A stretch of 64,000 bases of DNA from Myxococcota bacterium. GTDB lineage: Bacteria; Myxococcota_A; UBA9160; UBA4427. The first letter of the stretch is position 1, and each line of letters begins with the position of its first letter. The notes beneath the pieces were generated by a model. The model did not search any database and had not been told where the DNA came from. It saw only the letters and a program-made list of their open reading frames with translations. Location of the stretch: assembly GCA_965250285.1 (NCBI GenBank), contig OZ252299.1:5472001-5536000 (forward strand). The letters run 5' to 3'. The translations under genes were made by a program, and so were the position numbers. Below, one piece after another: positions 27,377-38,426 of this stretch.

Positions 27377-27681
27377 CGCGCCGATGCGGCGGGCGTCGCA
27401 TCGCTCTTCGGGCGGTTGGGGGGGCAAGTCGCGGCTCTCGAGGCTTCGTTCGACGCGGTGCAGGGCCGTGCCCCACCACCGTTCTCGCCCATCGACTCGA
27501 GCGCGGCGAGCTCGATCCTTGGCTCGATCTCGTGCCTGCGTGTCGAGCCTCTGCACTGCTGGTGCTTCTGACTGCGTCCGATCACGTCGTGGTAGCGTCT
27601 CGACTCTCGAGGCGTCGACCGTCGCTGCGCCAGGTGAGCGAGCGACGCGGTCGCCGACCGTCAGACGGTGCGATTCGGCCC

Positions 27682-28107
27682 ATGCGAACGGAGCTGACCG
27701 CTCGACCGAGCACGGTGTGGGTGTACTCGGCGATGTGCCTCACGGTTGCCGTCGTGATGCCCATCATCGATCCGTTTCTTCTGCTCGCGACCGTGGTCTT
27801 CGTGCCGCTGGGTCTCTCGGGTCTTCTCTTCTGGCGAGTCTCGATGGATGAGTCGGGCTTCACGGCCGAACGCCGCGGCCGCGTGATCTCGTTCCCGTTC
27901 GAGAAAGTCGCGTACGTATCCGAAGGGGCCATTGGTCTGCCCCACCTCGTGCTCGTTCTGGAGCTGGGCGTAGGCGTCGATCAGATCCGATTTCTGCCCG
28001 AACCGAGCCATGGCCGAATCTGGTGGGGCCACCATCGTCTGCAACAGCAGCTGAGTGACATCATCGAAGCGAGTCGGGATCGGGCTGAGGGTTCGGCCGA
28101 CGCCTAG
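27682..28107 (+). CDS. Membrane protein
   Basis: ATG after GTCAGAC remnant; two TMs. Confidence 0.7.
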   Translation: MRTELTARPSTVWVYSAMCLTVAVVMPIIDPFLLLATVVFVPLGLSGLLFWRVSMDESGFTAERRGRVISFPFEKVAYVSEGAIGLPHLVLVLELGVGVDQIRFLPEPSHGRIWWGHHRLQQQLSDIIEASRDRAEGSADA

Positions 28108-28240
28108 CGGGTGTTTGCACTGGGCTCGCCAGCGCTCAAACGACATGGGTCGTGGTAGACTTTTCCGCGTCCAAGGCGTGCACGGTCGCTGTGCCAGACG
28201 GGCGCGAGCTGCTGAACGCCGACTCGCCAGGCAGCCGAAC

Positions 28241-28741
28241 GTGACGATTCAAGATCTCGGGAGCATCGGCGAGTTCGTGGCGGCGATCGCCACCCTCGTG
28301 ACGCTCGGCTACCTCGCGATTCAGATTCGTCAGCTCTCGAAGGCGACCCGGGCCGAAGCGGCGCGCGGGACCCGGGACAATGACCCGGTTGTTCTCGCGC
28401 TTGCGCAGGACCCGGCTCTCAACGAACTCTTCGTCACGGGGTTGAGCCGTCATGAAGACCTGACGCCCCTCGATCAGGCGAGATTCGCATGGGTTCTGGG
28501 TTTGATCGTCGGCGCGGCGTCGCGCAACTATCACGATGTGACGCTCGGGATCCTCGACGAACGCCACTTCATGGAGAACGCGCGCGGTCAGCTGATGTTC
28601 CTCGAAACCAGCGGGGGCGCCGAGTTCTGGCGCCGGTTCTCACACACGCTTCCGCCGGCGTTTCGTGCCTTCGTCGAACGCGAGCTCGATATCAAGAGGA
28701 CGGCACCAGGCCCAGGCGCCGAGCTCGAGTCGACCGCCTAG
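28241..28741 (+). CDS. 'TL.YLA.QIR' family protein
   Basis: TIQDLGSIGEFVAAIATLVTLGYLAIQIRQ. Confidence 0.85.
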   Translation: MTIQDLGSIGEFVAAIATLVTLGYLAIQIRQLSKATRAEAARGTRDNDPVVLALAQDPALNELFVTGLSRHEDLTPLDQARFAWVLGLIVGAASRNYHDVTLGILDERHFMENARGQLMFLETSGGAEFWRRFSHTLPPAFRAFVERELDIKRTAPGPGAELESTA

Positions 28742-28868
28742 CGAAGGGTTGCCGCGGGTCGGGTCACGCGATGGCGGCTGCTCTCGGTAGAATGTCGGTG
28801 TTCCAATCTTCGACGGTCCGGCGCAGGACCTTGTGCTGCCGCCGAACGCCGACTGCGAGGCACCATCC

Positions 28869-29351
28869 GTGACGGCAGAGACGTTTCTCTCGTCTGCGAC
28901 CGAGGTCGCCATCGGCATCGCCGGGTTCGCCGGCATCATTGCGGCGATTCGCCATCGCGACCTGAGCGCGTGGGCGGCCGAGGATCGACTGCTCCTGCGG
29001 ATGCTGCTGGTCGCATCCGGTGTGTCGGTCCTCTTCTCATGGCTGCCCATCATCCTGTTCGAGGCCGGGGTGGGTCGAGAGATCGTCTGGCGTGGTTCGA
29101 GCCTCGTTCTCCTCGTCTGGCACACGTCGACCGTCGTCTATCGCATCCGTCAGCTCAGGCGACTCGGGCTCGGCAGGATCGCGCCCAATATCTCGGCCGT
29201 CTGGAACGCCGGCATCATCTTGTTCCAGATCGCCAATCTCTATCTGGCCGAATCGTGGCCCTACCTCCTGGGCATCGCGGGCATCTTGATCAACGCGTTC
29301 ATGTTCTTCCTGGTGCTCCTGCTCGGCCGGCCTTCGGATACGCCCGACTAA
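28869..29351 (+). CDS. Membrane protein, 'E...A.AGF.G' family
   Basis: EVAIGIAGFAGIIAAI. Confidence 0.85.
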   Translation: MTAETFLSSATEVAIGIAGFAGIIAAIRHRDLSAWAAEDRLLLRMLLVASGVSVLFSWLPIILFEAGVGREIVWRGSSLVLLVWHTSTVVYRIRQLRRLGLGRIAPNISAVWNAGIILFQIANLYLAESWPYLLGIAGILINAFMFFLVLLLGRPSDTPD

Positions 29352-29445
29352 CGTCGCGCCGACGACGTTGGGCTCTCGAACATCGGGTGCCCGACTCGCA
29401 TCGAGTGCCTGGAACCCACGCGTCATACGCAGGAGCCCTGAAAGC

Positions 29446-29913
29446 ATGCGACCGGTTGGCCCGAGCGACGTCTCTGCCGTGCTTTCGGTTGCCCAGGAGA
29501 GCGGGCTGTTCGCAGCCGACGAGCTCGGCGATGTCCAAGCCATGCTCGAATCGTTTCTGGCTGGCGAATCGGGGCCTGATCACCACTGGGTCACCCACGA
29601 CGGCGATCAGGTATCGGGCGTTGCGTACTTCGCGCCCGAACCGTTCACCGAGGGCGTCTGGAATCTCTACATGCTCGCGGTTGCCCCTGACCATCAGGGC
29701 TCGGGCCTGGGTGCGTCGCTCGTCGAGTATGCAGAGTCGGTGGCGACCGAGTCAGGCGCTCGGCTCATGCTCATCGAGACATCGGGAACGCCGGGATTCG
29801 AACGGACGCGTGCGTTCTACGTGCGGTGTGGCTACGTACAAGAAGCCAGAATCCGCGACTACTACGGTGCCGGCGACGACAAGGTCGTCTTCTGGAAGTC
29901 GTTCGCGGGTTGA
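29446..29913 (+). CDS. GNAT family N-acetyltransferase
   Basis: LAVAPDHQGSGLG, TRAFYVRCGY. Confidence 0.9.
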   Translation: MRPVGPSDVSAVLSVAQESGLFAADELGDVQAMLESFLAGESGPDHHWVTHDGDQVSGVAYFAPEPFTEGVWNLYMLAVAPDHQGSGLGASLVEYAESVATESGARLMLIETSGTPGFERTRAFYVRCGYVQEARIRDYYGAGDDKVVFWKSFAG

Positions 29914-30086
29914 CGTGCGGTCGAGGCGCGTGGCGGATCGGTTCGGGATCGGAGCGCGAGCACCAGGGCTCGGCCTGTTCCCCTCGTGATACGATCCCGA
30001 TCGTCTTGGGCGATGCCAGCCACTGTGCCAGATCGGTGCATGGGGCTGGACGCCGCATCTGCTGAGCGGCCGAGCGCACATGAGTC

Positions 30087-30449
30087 ATGGCTGATCTATT
30101 CCTAGACCTCTTCCAGAACAGAGCGATTCGAAAGAACACGCTCGCGGCCGGTCGAGCAAGCCGAAAAGCAGGCGCCGCGCAGCGGAGTGTTCGCGACCTC
30201 GAGGCGGAGGTCGATCGTCTGAACCTCGTGGCCTTTGCGATGTGGGAGCTTCTGCAAGATCACACGGGCGCCACGGACGAGCAGCTGATCGAGAAGGTTC
30301 GTTCAGTCGACCTTCACGACGGTCACCGCAACAATCGAGCGAAGCCGCCCCCCATCGACTGTCCAGAATGCGGTCGAACGATCAACGCGCGACACGTCAA
30401 GTGTCTCTACTGCGACGCGGAGATCTCGACCAGCCCCTTCGGCAAGTAG
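30087..30449 (+). CDS. Hypothetical protein with C-terminal zinc ribbon
   Basis: CPEC...CLYC. Confidence 0.8.
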   Translation: MADLFLDLFQNRAIRKNTLAAGRASRKAGAAQRSVRDLEAEVDRLNLVAFAMWELLQDHTGATDEQLIEKVRSVDLHDGHRNNRAKPPPIDCPECGRTINARHVKCLYCDAEISTSPFGK

Positions 30450-30619
30450 GCGCGGTTGATCACTTGCTCTGACTTTTTGGCCCCGACAGGCGGCGTGGCC
30501 GCCGAGGGATTCGCGCGTTCGGCAGAGCGGCGCGTGGTAGGCTCACTTCGACCGAGGCGTACATCGCCACTGTGCCAGATCGGTGCAAGGGGCTGGACGT
30601 CGATCGTTGGGTGACGGCG

Positions 30620-31027
30620 ATGCGATCTGGATCGTGGCGCTTGGCTTGCGTGATCGTGCTTGCTCTGACCTTCGGCTCATGTCGGACGCCTTCGATGGCA
30701 ACGCCCCGAGCGTGCCCTTCGTTCTCTGAGCTGCCGCCTCAGGTCGATACGGCGTGTGCCCCCTCGGACGTCATGAGTCGATACTCGACCAAGATCTTCA
30801 AGCGCTGGATCGAGGGGCTGCATCTGGGGTCGAGGGGGCCGCTTTCGTTCCCGTGGTTGACACTCGTCTACGGTGAGGGTCCGACGGTCGAGCTCGCCTG
30901 CTACCGCCTAGTTGATGACTCGATCCCCGAGAAGAGAGTGGCTATCGCCGCGAAATCCGTCGCGCGGGTTCGGGTTCCGCGCGAGCTCGCATGCTTTGCG
31001 GGTGGGCGTCTCGACCTCGCTCAGTAA
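30620..31027 (+). CDS. Putative lipoprotein
   Basis: LTFGSC leader. Confidence 0.65.
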   Translation: MRSGSWRLACVIVLALTFGSCRTPSMATPRACPSFSELPPQVDTACAPSDVMSRYSTKIFKRWIEGLHLGSRGPLSFPWLTLVYGEGPTVELACYRLVDDSIPEKRVAIAAKSVARVRVPRELACFAGGRLDLAQ

Positions 31028-31175
31028 TGGGACGTCCTGACGGACCGGCGCTTCATCCTGGCTCGTTCTTCGCGGTTGCGCGCGCGTGGTAGACTGCCGC
31101 CGAAGTGAGCGAGACGAGCCGCCGCGTCGGGTGTTCGCGACGCGGCTCCTGCTGAAGGCGAGGCGACGAGAGACA

Positions 31176-31661
31176 GTGCTGGAGCGAGTCGGAGAGCATT
31201 TCGATCGGGTCTTGTTCGCGCTCGACCTGCCGCGGTTCGAGCCCTGCGCAGCCACGACGCGCCTCCCTACGGATCACTTCCTCTGTCTGCTCGCCGCCGA
31301 CTTCACCTCTGCATCGGACGGTGAGATTTCGATGCTTGCGAACTCGCTCATCGAGCGCGGTGCATCGTATTTCGTGTGCTGGGGGCCGGGTTGCTCGCGT
31401 GTGCACGCTTTGATCGACGACCTGACGCTCCTTGTCGAGGCACCCACGTCGGATGGCTCCGTCATCATGACGACATCGCACGGGGGTGAGACCCTGTCGG
31501 AGGCGCTCTTCTTCTTGCTCTGCACGGCCTGGCCCGATACGGGCTACCAGGATTCGAGCGGTTGCATCGTGGCCGTCTCTGTGGGCGGTGGGTCGATTGC
31601 GGCCGAGATTCGCGAGGCCCTCGCCGAACCCGAGGCCTTCGTCGCGAAGATGTCGGCGTGA
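31176..31661 (+). CDS. Hypothetical protein
   Basis: YFVCWGPGCSRVH..IDD, IMTTSH motifs. Confidence 0.75.
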   Translation: MLERVGEHFDRVLFALDLPRFEPCAATTRLPTDHFLCLLAADFTSASDGEISMLANSLIERGASYFVCWGPGCSRVHALIDDLTLLVEAPTSDGSVIMTTSHGGETLSEALFFLLCTAWPDTGYQDSSGCIVAVSVGGGSIAAEIREALAEPEAFVAKMSA

Positions 31662-31728
31662 CCTTCGGTCGCCGAGCCCGTTGGCGCCTTGGCTGAAACC
31701 CACTTCTTCGAGCTTCATCCCTGAACTC

Positions 31729-32592
31729 ATGCCGTCGAACGTCAACCTGTTCTCAGCACTCGAGAGCATCACTGCCCGGCCCGAGCCCTTCGCGGTGTAC
31801 ACCGCCGCCGAGCTGTGGACGAACCCGCACACGTCGGCGCGAATGCTCGCGTTTCATCTCGACGAGAACGCCGACGTGTCGTCGCGCCGAGCCGACTTCA
31901 TCGATCGCTCGGTCGAGTGGATCAGCGACCGCTTCGAGGTCGGCCGCGGTACGAAGGTCGTCGACTTCGGCTGCGGCCCCGGGCTGTACGCCGAGCGGCT
32001 GGCTGCGCGAGGCGCCCGGGTGACGGGCGTGGATTTCTCGCTGCGCTCGATCAAGTACGCACGAGAAGTGGCCCGAGAGAAGAGTCTCGCAATCGACTAC
32101 GTCCACCAGAACTACCTCGAGTTCGAAGCTACGGGTTCGTTCGATCTCGTTCTGATGATCATGTGTGACTTCTGCGCACTCAGCCCCGCCCAGCGCAGGC
32201 ACATGCTCGCGAAGTTTCGGGACGTGCTTCGGCCCGGTGGTTCGGTTCTGCTCGACGTGTACTCGATGAACGCTTTCCATCAGTGTGAAGAAAGGCAGAC
32301 CTTCGAGGTCAACCTGATGGATGGCTTCTGGTCACCGGACGAGTACTACGGGTTCTTGGGGACCTTCAAGTACGAACGCGAAGGGGTCTTGCTCGACAAG
32401 TACACGCTGATCGACTCCACGGGCACGCGTGTCGTCTACAACTGGCTGCAGTACTTCAGCGCCACCGCGCTCGAAGCCGAGATCCGTGGTTCGGGCTTCG
32501 AGGTCGAGGCGTTCTACGGCGACGTGGCCGGTCGGCCCTTCGACGCGGGCGGCGCCGAGTTCGCCGTCGTCGCGCGAAAGCGACGCGGCTGA
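31729..32592 (+). CDS. Class I SAM-dependent methyltransferase
   Basis: VVDFGCGPGLY, VTGVDFS. Confidence 0.9.
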   Translation: MPSNVNLFSALESITARPEPFAVYTAAELWTNPHTSARMLAFHLDENADVSSRRADFIDRSVEWISDRFEVGRGTKVVDFGCGPGLYAERLAARGARVTGVDFSLRSIKYAREVAREKSLAIDYVHQNYLEFEATGSFDLVLMIMCDFCALSPAQRRHMLAKFRDVLRPGGSVLLDVYSMNAFHQCEERQTFEVNLMDGFWSPDEYYGFLGTFKYEREGVLLDKYTLIDSTGTRVVYNWLQYFSATALEAEIRGSGFEVEAFYGDVAGRPFDAGGAEFAVVARKRRG

Positions 32593-32720
32593 GAGGCAAA
32601 GGGCGAGAGGGGGTCTCGACGCGTAGCCGCGTGGTAGGATCCTGCGTGTCGGCAGGCTAAAAGTGGCTATGCCATCGCTACGCGAGCAGCGGAGCCTCGA
32701 TCTCGAGTCAGGAGGTCACG

Positions 32721-33218
32721 GTGGATCTCGATGCATTGGGCAACATCGGCGACTTCGTGGGCGGCCTCGCCGTCGTCGTCACGCTGATCTATCTCGCTTA
32801 TCAGATCCGTCAGAACGGACGGCACGTGGAACAGGCCCTCGAAGTCTCTCGCGCGCAAGCCGTTCGCGAGACGCTGATCAATGATTGGACGCTCGAAGTT
32901 GCACGCGACCCTGATTTGGCACGTCTCTACTCACGAGGCCTTCGCGATCCCGAGCAGCTGGCAGAGAATGATCTCGTCCGGTTCCTCTTCTTGATGGGCA
33001 CCGCCTTCGCGACGGTCGAGAAGTGTCTCTTGATGCACCAGCGGGGACTTCTCACCGACGAGCGTTGGAATGCTCAGTTGAGGACGCTCGGCATGTTCCT
33101 CGCCCAGCCGGGTGGCACCTACTACTGGAAGCGGTTCAGCTCGATGCATACGAGTGCCTTTGCGAGCGTGGTCGAGCAGGTCGCTCCAGGGATCGAGGCC
33201 TCGCTGCCCGCTGCGTAG
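32721..33218 (+). CDS. 'TL.YLA.QIR' family protein
   Basis: LGNIGDFVGG..TLIYLAYQIRQN; QPGGTYYW; AGGAGG SD. Confidence 0.88.
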   Translation: MDLDALGNIGDFVGGLAVVVTLIYLAYQIRQNGRHVEQALEVSRAQAVRETLINDWTLEVARDPDLARLYSRGLRDPEQLAENDLVRFLFLMGTAFATVEKCLLMHQRGLLTDERWNAQLRTLGMFLAQPGGTYYWKRFSSMHTSAFASVVEQVAPGIEASLPAA

Positions 33219-33292
33219 TGCGGCAACCTTGCCAACGTCGAACGCTCGATGGTCGAGCGGGACGCGATGGCTCGACGAGGACTCGATCTGCC

Positions 33293-33739
33293 ATGCGAGA
33301 ATCGATCTCGGGCGGGTGTCTCTGTGGTGACGTTCGGTTCGAAGTCGTCGATCCTCCTGGCTCGGCATACCTCTGCCACTGCCGAAATTGCCAGAAGGCG
33401 CACGCCGCTCCCTATGCTGCTTTGATCATCGTTCAGCCAGCGCAGCTTCGACTCACTCGGGGTTCGCCGGTTCGCTACGAGCGCACGTCGGATAGCGGCA
33501 ACATGACTTTCCGTGAGTTCTGCGGCACGTGTGGCTCGCAGCTCTTCTCTGGCAACGTCGCCTTCGAGCAATTCAAAGCCGTGAAGATCATGACGTTCGA
33601 CGATCCGAATCGGATCGAACCCGATCGACACGTGTGGGTCGAGAGCGCCGTCGACTGGGTGTGCATGAACGACGGATTGCCCCGGATGGCCCAGCAACAA
33701 TCGACGGATGACTTCGTCGACGACCTGCCCGCGCCGTAG
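33293..33739 (+). CDS. GFA (CENP-V) family zinc protein
   Basis: GGCLCG, CHCRNCQK, FCGTCGS. Confidence 0.9.
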   Translation: MRESISGGCLCGDVRFEVVDPPGSAYLCHCRNCQKAHAAPYAALIIVQPAQLRLTRGSPVRYERTSDSGNMTFREFCGTCGSQLFSGNVAFEQFKAVKIMTFDDPNRIEPDRHVWVESAVDWVCMNDGLPRMAQQQSTDDFVDDLPAP

Positions 33740-34003
33740 AGCATGTTGCCCGTTCGTCGGCGCCGGCGGAGTCGGGCGGGATGCGATCGGTGCTCTCGAA
33801 GCCGGGCGGCTCCGGTCGCGCTCTGACCGTGCCGCTCGCGCTCGCGGCCGAGCAGGGTGGGCGGCCATACCGCGAGCCATCCCTCCTGTCTCACCGCGAC
33901 TTCTCGGCGACCCACCCGTGGTACGCTTCGCGTCTCCTTCGCGCCGATCGATTCGTCGGGAGCCCGGGACGAATCAAGTGGCGCCGACCGACGGGTGGCG
34001 CAC

Positions 34004-34477
34004 GTGTCGATCCAGGATCTCGGCAGTATCGGGGAGCTGGTCGCTGCCATCGCGACGGTGGTGACGCTCGTGTATCTGGCGATCCAGATTCGTGCGAACA
34101 CGCGCGCGCTCCGCTCGGAATCGAGGCGACATGAGCAGCAGGCCTCGAATCCGTTCTTGATGGCGATCGTCGAAAACGAAGATGTTGCGCGGCTCTTCGT
34201 TGCGGCTCTGTCTGATCCCGACTCGCTTTCGCCCGAAGACTCGGTGCGCTTCTCCCTCCTGCTTGGCCAGCATGTCGGGGCGGCAGCGCAGCATTACGAC
34301 GAGATCCTGCTCGGCTCGGCGTCCCGCTCGACGCTGGCCCGCCGAAGCCGGAGCATTGGAGTGTTCCTGAACACGCGGGGCGGGCGCCGGTTCTGGTCGC
34401 AGTACGCAGACCAGTACCCGGACGAGTTCCGCGAGTACGTCGAGAAGGAAGTCCTCAGGCGCTCGACGGTTGCGTGA
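34004..34477 (+). CDS. 'TL.YLA.QIR' family protein
   Basis: SIQDLGSIGELVAAIATVVTLVYLAIQIR. Confidence 0.85.
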   Translation: MSIQDLGSIGELVAAIATVVTLVYLAIQIRANTRALRSESRRHEQQASNPFLMAIVENEDVARLFVAALSDPDSLSPEDSVRFSLLLGQHVGAAAQHYDEILLGSASRSTLARRSRSIGVFLNTRGGRRFWSQYADQYPDEFREYVEKEVLRRSTVA

Positions 34478-34684
34478 TCACATGGCAGTTTCGACCTGTC
34501 AGCGACTCGAACCGGAGCCTCTCTCGACTGCGCCGGATCTGGTCGGGGGAGGTCCCCTGCGCGCACACCGGACGCGAGCTATTTGGGGTCTTGGGCTCGA
34601 GGTCGCCTCGGGCTCGATGGCTGCGGGCGAAGCGGGCCCGCGATCAGGCTGCACCGATCGGGCGCCAAGCCGTGGGAGATCGTC

Positions 34685-35195
34685 GTGAGCGCACTCGCAA
34701 GGCTCGCATTCGTGCTGCTCGGCCTCTATCTGATGCTTGCGCCTTTCGGTGCGATCTTCTCGACGCTCCTGATCTTTCAGCAGTCTCCAGAGTTCGCCGA
34801 TCGGGGCGAGATCGAGGTCTGGCTGGTGGCGTGGTACGTGTTTCTGGTCGCCGCGCCGGGTGTCTTTCTGGTCGTGCGGGCGCAACGGATCGCGGAGTGG
34901 CTCTTCCCCGACGAGCCTCCCATCGACTCGGATGTCTCTTTTCGCACCGTCCTCCCGGCGCTCGTCGCGGCCGTTGGGATCTGGTTCGTGATCACGGGGA
35001 GCCATGGCTTCGCCGCCAAGCTGTACGCGATCGTCGTACCGGTGCCCGGTTTCGAACAGCTCTCGGGGTGGAGCGCGTGGGGAGTGGGCGACCTCACGAG
35101 CGCGGCCGTTCAGATCGGCATCGGGGTCTTCCTGGCTCTGCGCGCGCGCGGTCGCAGCGTTCCTGGCGCGCGAAGGTCGGTCTTCAGGAGACTGA
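34685..35195 (+). pseudogene. Membrane protein homologous to the 147 cassette, frameshifted at a (CG)5 run
   Basis: N-terminus LARLAFVLLGLY; natural end ...AREGRSSGD* is in another frame after 35141-35150. Confidence 0.6.
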
Positions 35196-35325
35196 CGTCC
35201 TGTTGCATCTGGCTCGCTCGCTCTGTCTCGCGAGAGGGGCGTGGTAGAGTCGAGTCGTCCAAGGCGTCATCGCCGCAGTGCTCAAGGCCGTTTGCCATTG
35301 AACGACGCCCCCTCGGTGGCAGGAG

Positions 35326-35640
35326 GTGGCCATCAGTCGGTACAAGTTCAAGCTGCCGACGAAAGGCACGCGGCGTCGTCGCTTGAAGTCGGATCGAACG
35401 CGGCTGACCTCACTCGGCGATCCGAATGCACCGCCGTCGCCCGATGGCCAACGCCCCGATGCGCTCCATGATGTGGCCTGGCGCGTACCGAGCTTCTCTG
35501 AGCTGCTCGCGTTCCTGATCATCGTCAGCGTGTTTGCGATCATCGTCGCGACGGCGACGTGCCCGGGCGAGCACATGTCGCTGCCGAAGGGGCCGACCGA
35601 CCAACCGGCCGAGCTCGTCAATGGCGAGGAGATGCGTTGA
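35326..35640 (+). CDS. Basic N-terminal single-TM protein (homologue of 5559/9057)
   Basis: RYKFKL motif. Confidence 0.75.
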   Translation: MAISRYKFKLPTKGTRRRRLKSDRTRLTSLGDPNAPPSPDGQRPDALHDVAWRVPSFSELLAFLIIVSVFAIIVATATCPGEHMSLPKGPTDQPAELVNGEEMR

Positions 35641-36545
35641 TGCGCCTGCACGCGCTCGTTCTGGTCGGCCTCGCGGCTTGGTCCTGCTCGGCCTTCGAGA
35701 CTCGGCCGGCCGAAGGGAACCCCCCGCCCGAGTCGACCGCCGAGGTGGTTGCGATCGGTGATGTCGAGTGGGAGGCGCTCAACCCGGCAAGGGGCGATCA
35801 GAGCCCGAGGGCCGGCACGCTCTGGGGCGATCGCAACGCCGCCGTGCCCACGGGCTTTCTCGCTCGCTTCGAGGATGGCTTTTCGTCGCCGCCCCACATT
35901 CACAACGCGACCTACCGGGCCGTCGTGATCAGTGGGCTCATTCACAACGATGATCCCGAGGCCGCACCGATGTGGACGCCCGCTGGATCGTTCTGGACGC
36001 AGCCCAAGGGCGAGGTACACATCACCGCCGCCCAGGGCGCGAACAACATGGCGCTGGTCGAGATCGACGAGGGCCCGTACCTCGTCCGCCCGCCCAGCGA
36101 GGCCTTCGACCCCGGCGAGCGGCCCGTCAACCTCGACGTGTCGAACATCGTCTGGGTGACGCCCCTGGGCATGCCCGCTACAGCCGGCGGGCCAAAGCAG
36201 GCCTTCTTGTGGGGCCGCCTCGAACCGGGTGAGTCGAATGGCACCTTCCTCTCGCTGCCAGCAGGCTTCGAGGGGGCGATTCACAGTCGGGGCGACACGT
36301 TTCGGGCGGTCGTCATCCGGGGCCGACTGCAGGTCGGCGAAGCGGGGGGCGCTTCGCTCGAGCCTGGCAGCTACTTCGGCTCGAGGGGCGATGCGCTTCA
36401 TCGCGTCGCGGCGGCCCCCGGTGGCGACAGCGTGCTCTACATCCGAACCGATGGCGCATATGAGATCGTGCACCCGGATGGGCGCACGTCGGCCGCGTCG
36501 AATCGGTCGCCGGCGACTGAACGTGCGGCGGCGTCTGGCGAATGA
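35640..36545 (+). CDS. DUF4437 cupin-like lipoprotein
   Basis: [32 protein letters not shown]. Confidence 0.85.
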   Translation: MRLHALVLVGLAAWSCSAFETRPAEGNPPPESTAEVVAIGDVEWEALNPARGDQSPRAGTLWGDRNAAVPTGFLARFEDGFSSPPHIHNATYRAVVISGLIHNDDPEAAPMWTPAGSFWTQPKGEVHITAAQGANNMALVEIDEGPYLVRPPSEAFDPGERPVNLDVSNIVWVTPLGMPATAGGPKQAFLWGRLEPGESNGTFLSLPAGFEGAIHSRGDTFRAVVIRGRLQVGEAGGASLEPGSYFGSRGDALHRVAAAPGGDSVLYIRTDGAYEIVHPDGRTSAASNRSPATERAAASGE

Positions 36546-36591
36546 AGGTGGGTGGACACGCGCCTTTCTTCGAACGCATGGGGTGGCCTGA

Positions 36592-37353
36592 ATGACCGAT
36601 CGAGTCGCACGCATTCGGGCGCTTCTGAAGGGCATCGAGACCGGTGACCCCGACGCGGTCTCGGTGATCAGCCCGGCGCAGTACATTCAGCACAACCCGC
36701 AAACGCAGACGGGGCGCGAGGGGCTCGCCGCGCTCTTTGCGCGTCTGTCGAAGACGGCGCCGCGGGTCAACGTGGTTCGGGCGTTCGCCGACGGTGACTT
36801 CGTCTTCGGTCACACCGAGTACGACTTCGCGACCCGCCGAATCGGCTTCGAGGTGTTTCGTTTCGAGGGCGACTTTGCCGTCGAGCATTGGGACAACATT
36901 CAGCCGCGGCAGGGGCCCAACGCGTCGGGCCGAAGCATGGTCGATGGCCCGACGCGAGCGATCGACCTCGACCGAACCGAATCGAACCGTGCCCTGGTTC
37001 GGGCGTTCATCGAAGACGTTCGGATCGCGGGCGATACCGATCGACTCGACCGATTCATCCACGCACGTCACTACGCCGAGCACAGCCCAGACGCGGCCGA
37101 CGGCATCGCGTCATTGCGCGCGCGACTCGAAGGCGCGGCGAGCGGGTTGGATGCGGTGGCGTACACCCGACTTCACCGCACGCTGGCGTGCGGCAACTTC
37201 GTGCTCACGGTGTGCGAAGGCTCGCGCTCGGCGGTGCACACCGCGTTCTACGACCTCTACCGCGCCGAGGCCGACCAGATCGTGGAGCATTGGGATACCG
37301 TCGAAGCCGTCGCACCGCCCGAAGAGTGGGAGCACGACAACGGCAAGTTCTGA
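36592..37353 (+). CDS. Tandem SnoaL/NTF2-like protein
   Basis: YIQHNP and two VEHWD motifs. Confidence 0.85.
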   Translation: MTDRVARIRALLKGIETGDPDAVSVISPAQYIQHNPQTQTGREGLAALFARLSKTAPRVNVVRAFADGDFVFGHTEYDFATRRIGFEVFRFEGDFAVEHWDNIQPRQGPNASGRSMVDGPTRAIDLDRTESNRALVRAFIEDVRIAGDTDRLDRFIHARHYAEHSPDAADGIASLRARLEGAASGLDAVAYTRLHRTLACGNFVLTVCEGSRSAVHTAFYDLYRAEADQIVEHWDTVEAVAPPEEWEHDNGKF

Positions 37354-37763
37354 CCGGATCGTCGGTGCCTTGTCGTATTCGCCCGAAAGCTTCGCGACGC
37401 CCGGGCTTGGTTCGATCGGCATCGCGTTATTGAGAGGGCGCGTGGTCGAGTCGCGCTCGTCATTCTCATGGCGCTGATCCCCCTCGCGGTCATCCTGCGC
37501 GGCGGCGACGCTGAGCAGGCCTAGTCCGGGTTCGACGAGCCTCGCATCGCCGACTCGACCGAGACGAGGCGAGGTCGCGCCCCGTGCCGGCATCGGCACG
37601 GGGCGCGATCGGGTCCGACGCACGCCGCCGAGCGCGCCGGGGCTTCGGCGAGACCGGGCCGTGATAGAATGTCGGGGTGTGAGGCGTTCGCAGCCGACGT
37701 GCCAGATCGGTGCCCGTCATCGCAAGGCGGTCGCTGCCCAGCGAACCAACCCAGGAGACACTC

Positions 37764-37997
37764 GTGGCCAAGACGCTTTCTCTCATGCTCGGCGTGCTCG
37801 CCTTGCTCGTCACCCCGCTCGCGGCCGCGGCGCACGGCGGCCACGGTGCGTCGCATCCCGGCGACAGCGCTGCGCACTATCTCACCGAGCCCGAACACGT
37901 GCTCGTCACGTTGCTCGCCATCGGCCTCGCGGGCGTCGGCGTGGCCTTTCTCGGCCGGCTGCGACCGCTGCGCTCGACGCGGGACGATCGTCGCTAG
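37764..37997 (+). CDS. Small His-containing membrane protein (HupE/UreJ N-terminus-like)
   Basis: AAAHGGHG...HYLTEPEH; AGGAG SD. Confidence 0.6.
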   Translation: MAKTLSLMLGVLALLVTPLAAAAHGGHGASHPGDSAAHYLTEPEHVLVTLLAIGLAGVGVAFLGRLRPLRSTRDDRR

Positions 37998-38018
37998 TCG
38001 GCCGCTCCGGCCGCTGAT

Positions 38019-38426
38019 GTGGTCCGCCGCGCCCTCGTCTATTTCGCCTGTGCCTTCGGGTTGGGCTTCGTGCTCGGGGCGATCCGCGTCCCTTGGCTGG
38101 TGCCCCGGGTCGGCGAACGCGCGGCCGAGCTCATCGAGACGCCGATCATGTGGGCCGGCCTCTTCTTCATCGCGCGTTGGCTGATCCGCCGGTATCCGGC
38201 GCCGCGGCGCCTGCACCACCTCGGGTCGGGCGTGCTCGCCCTCGCGTTGATGATCGCGATCGAGTTCACGGTCGTCTTGTGGCTTCGGGGCCTCACGCTG
38301 TTGGACTACGTCGAGACGCGTGACCCGATCGCTGGATGGGTCTACGTCGTCTCGCTGGGGCTCTTCGCCGTCCTGCCGTGGGTACTTGCGAGGTCGAGTG
38401 GGCGCAGCGGCTCGGCGGAGGCCTGA
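38019..38426 (+). CDS. Membrane protein
   Basis: GFVLGAIRV..LVPRVGERAAELIE. Confidence 0.8.
   Translation: MVRRALVYFACAFGLGFVLGAIRVPWLVPRVGERAAELIETPIMWAGLFFIARWLIRRYPAPRRLHHLGSGVLALALMIAIEFTVVLWLRGLTLLDYVETRDPIAGWVYVVSLGLFAVLPWVLARSSGRSGSAEA

Noticed and set aside
29446..29913. Antibiotic-resistance assignment for GNAT, VOC or methyltransferase genes
   Set aside because: Only superfamily motifs are visible; no specific resistance family can be supported.
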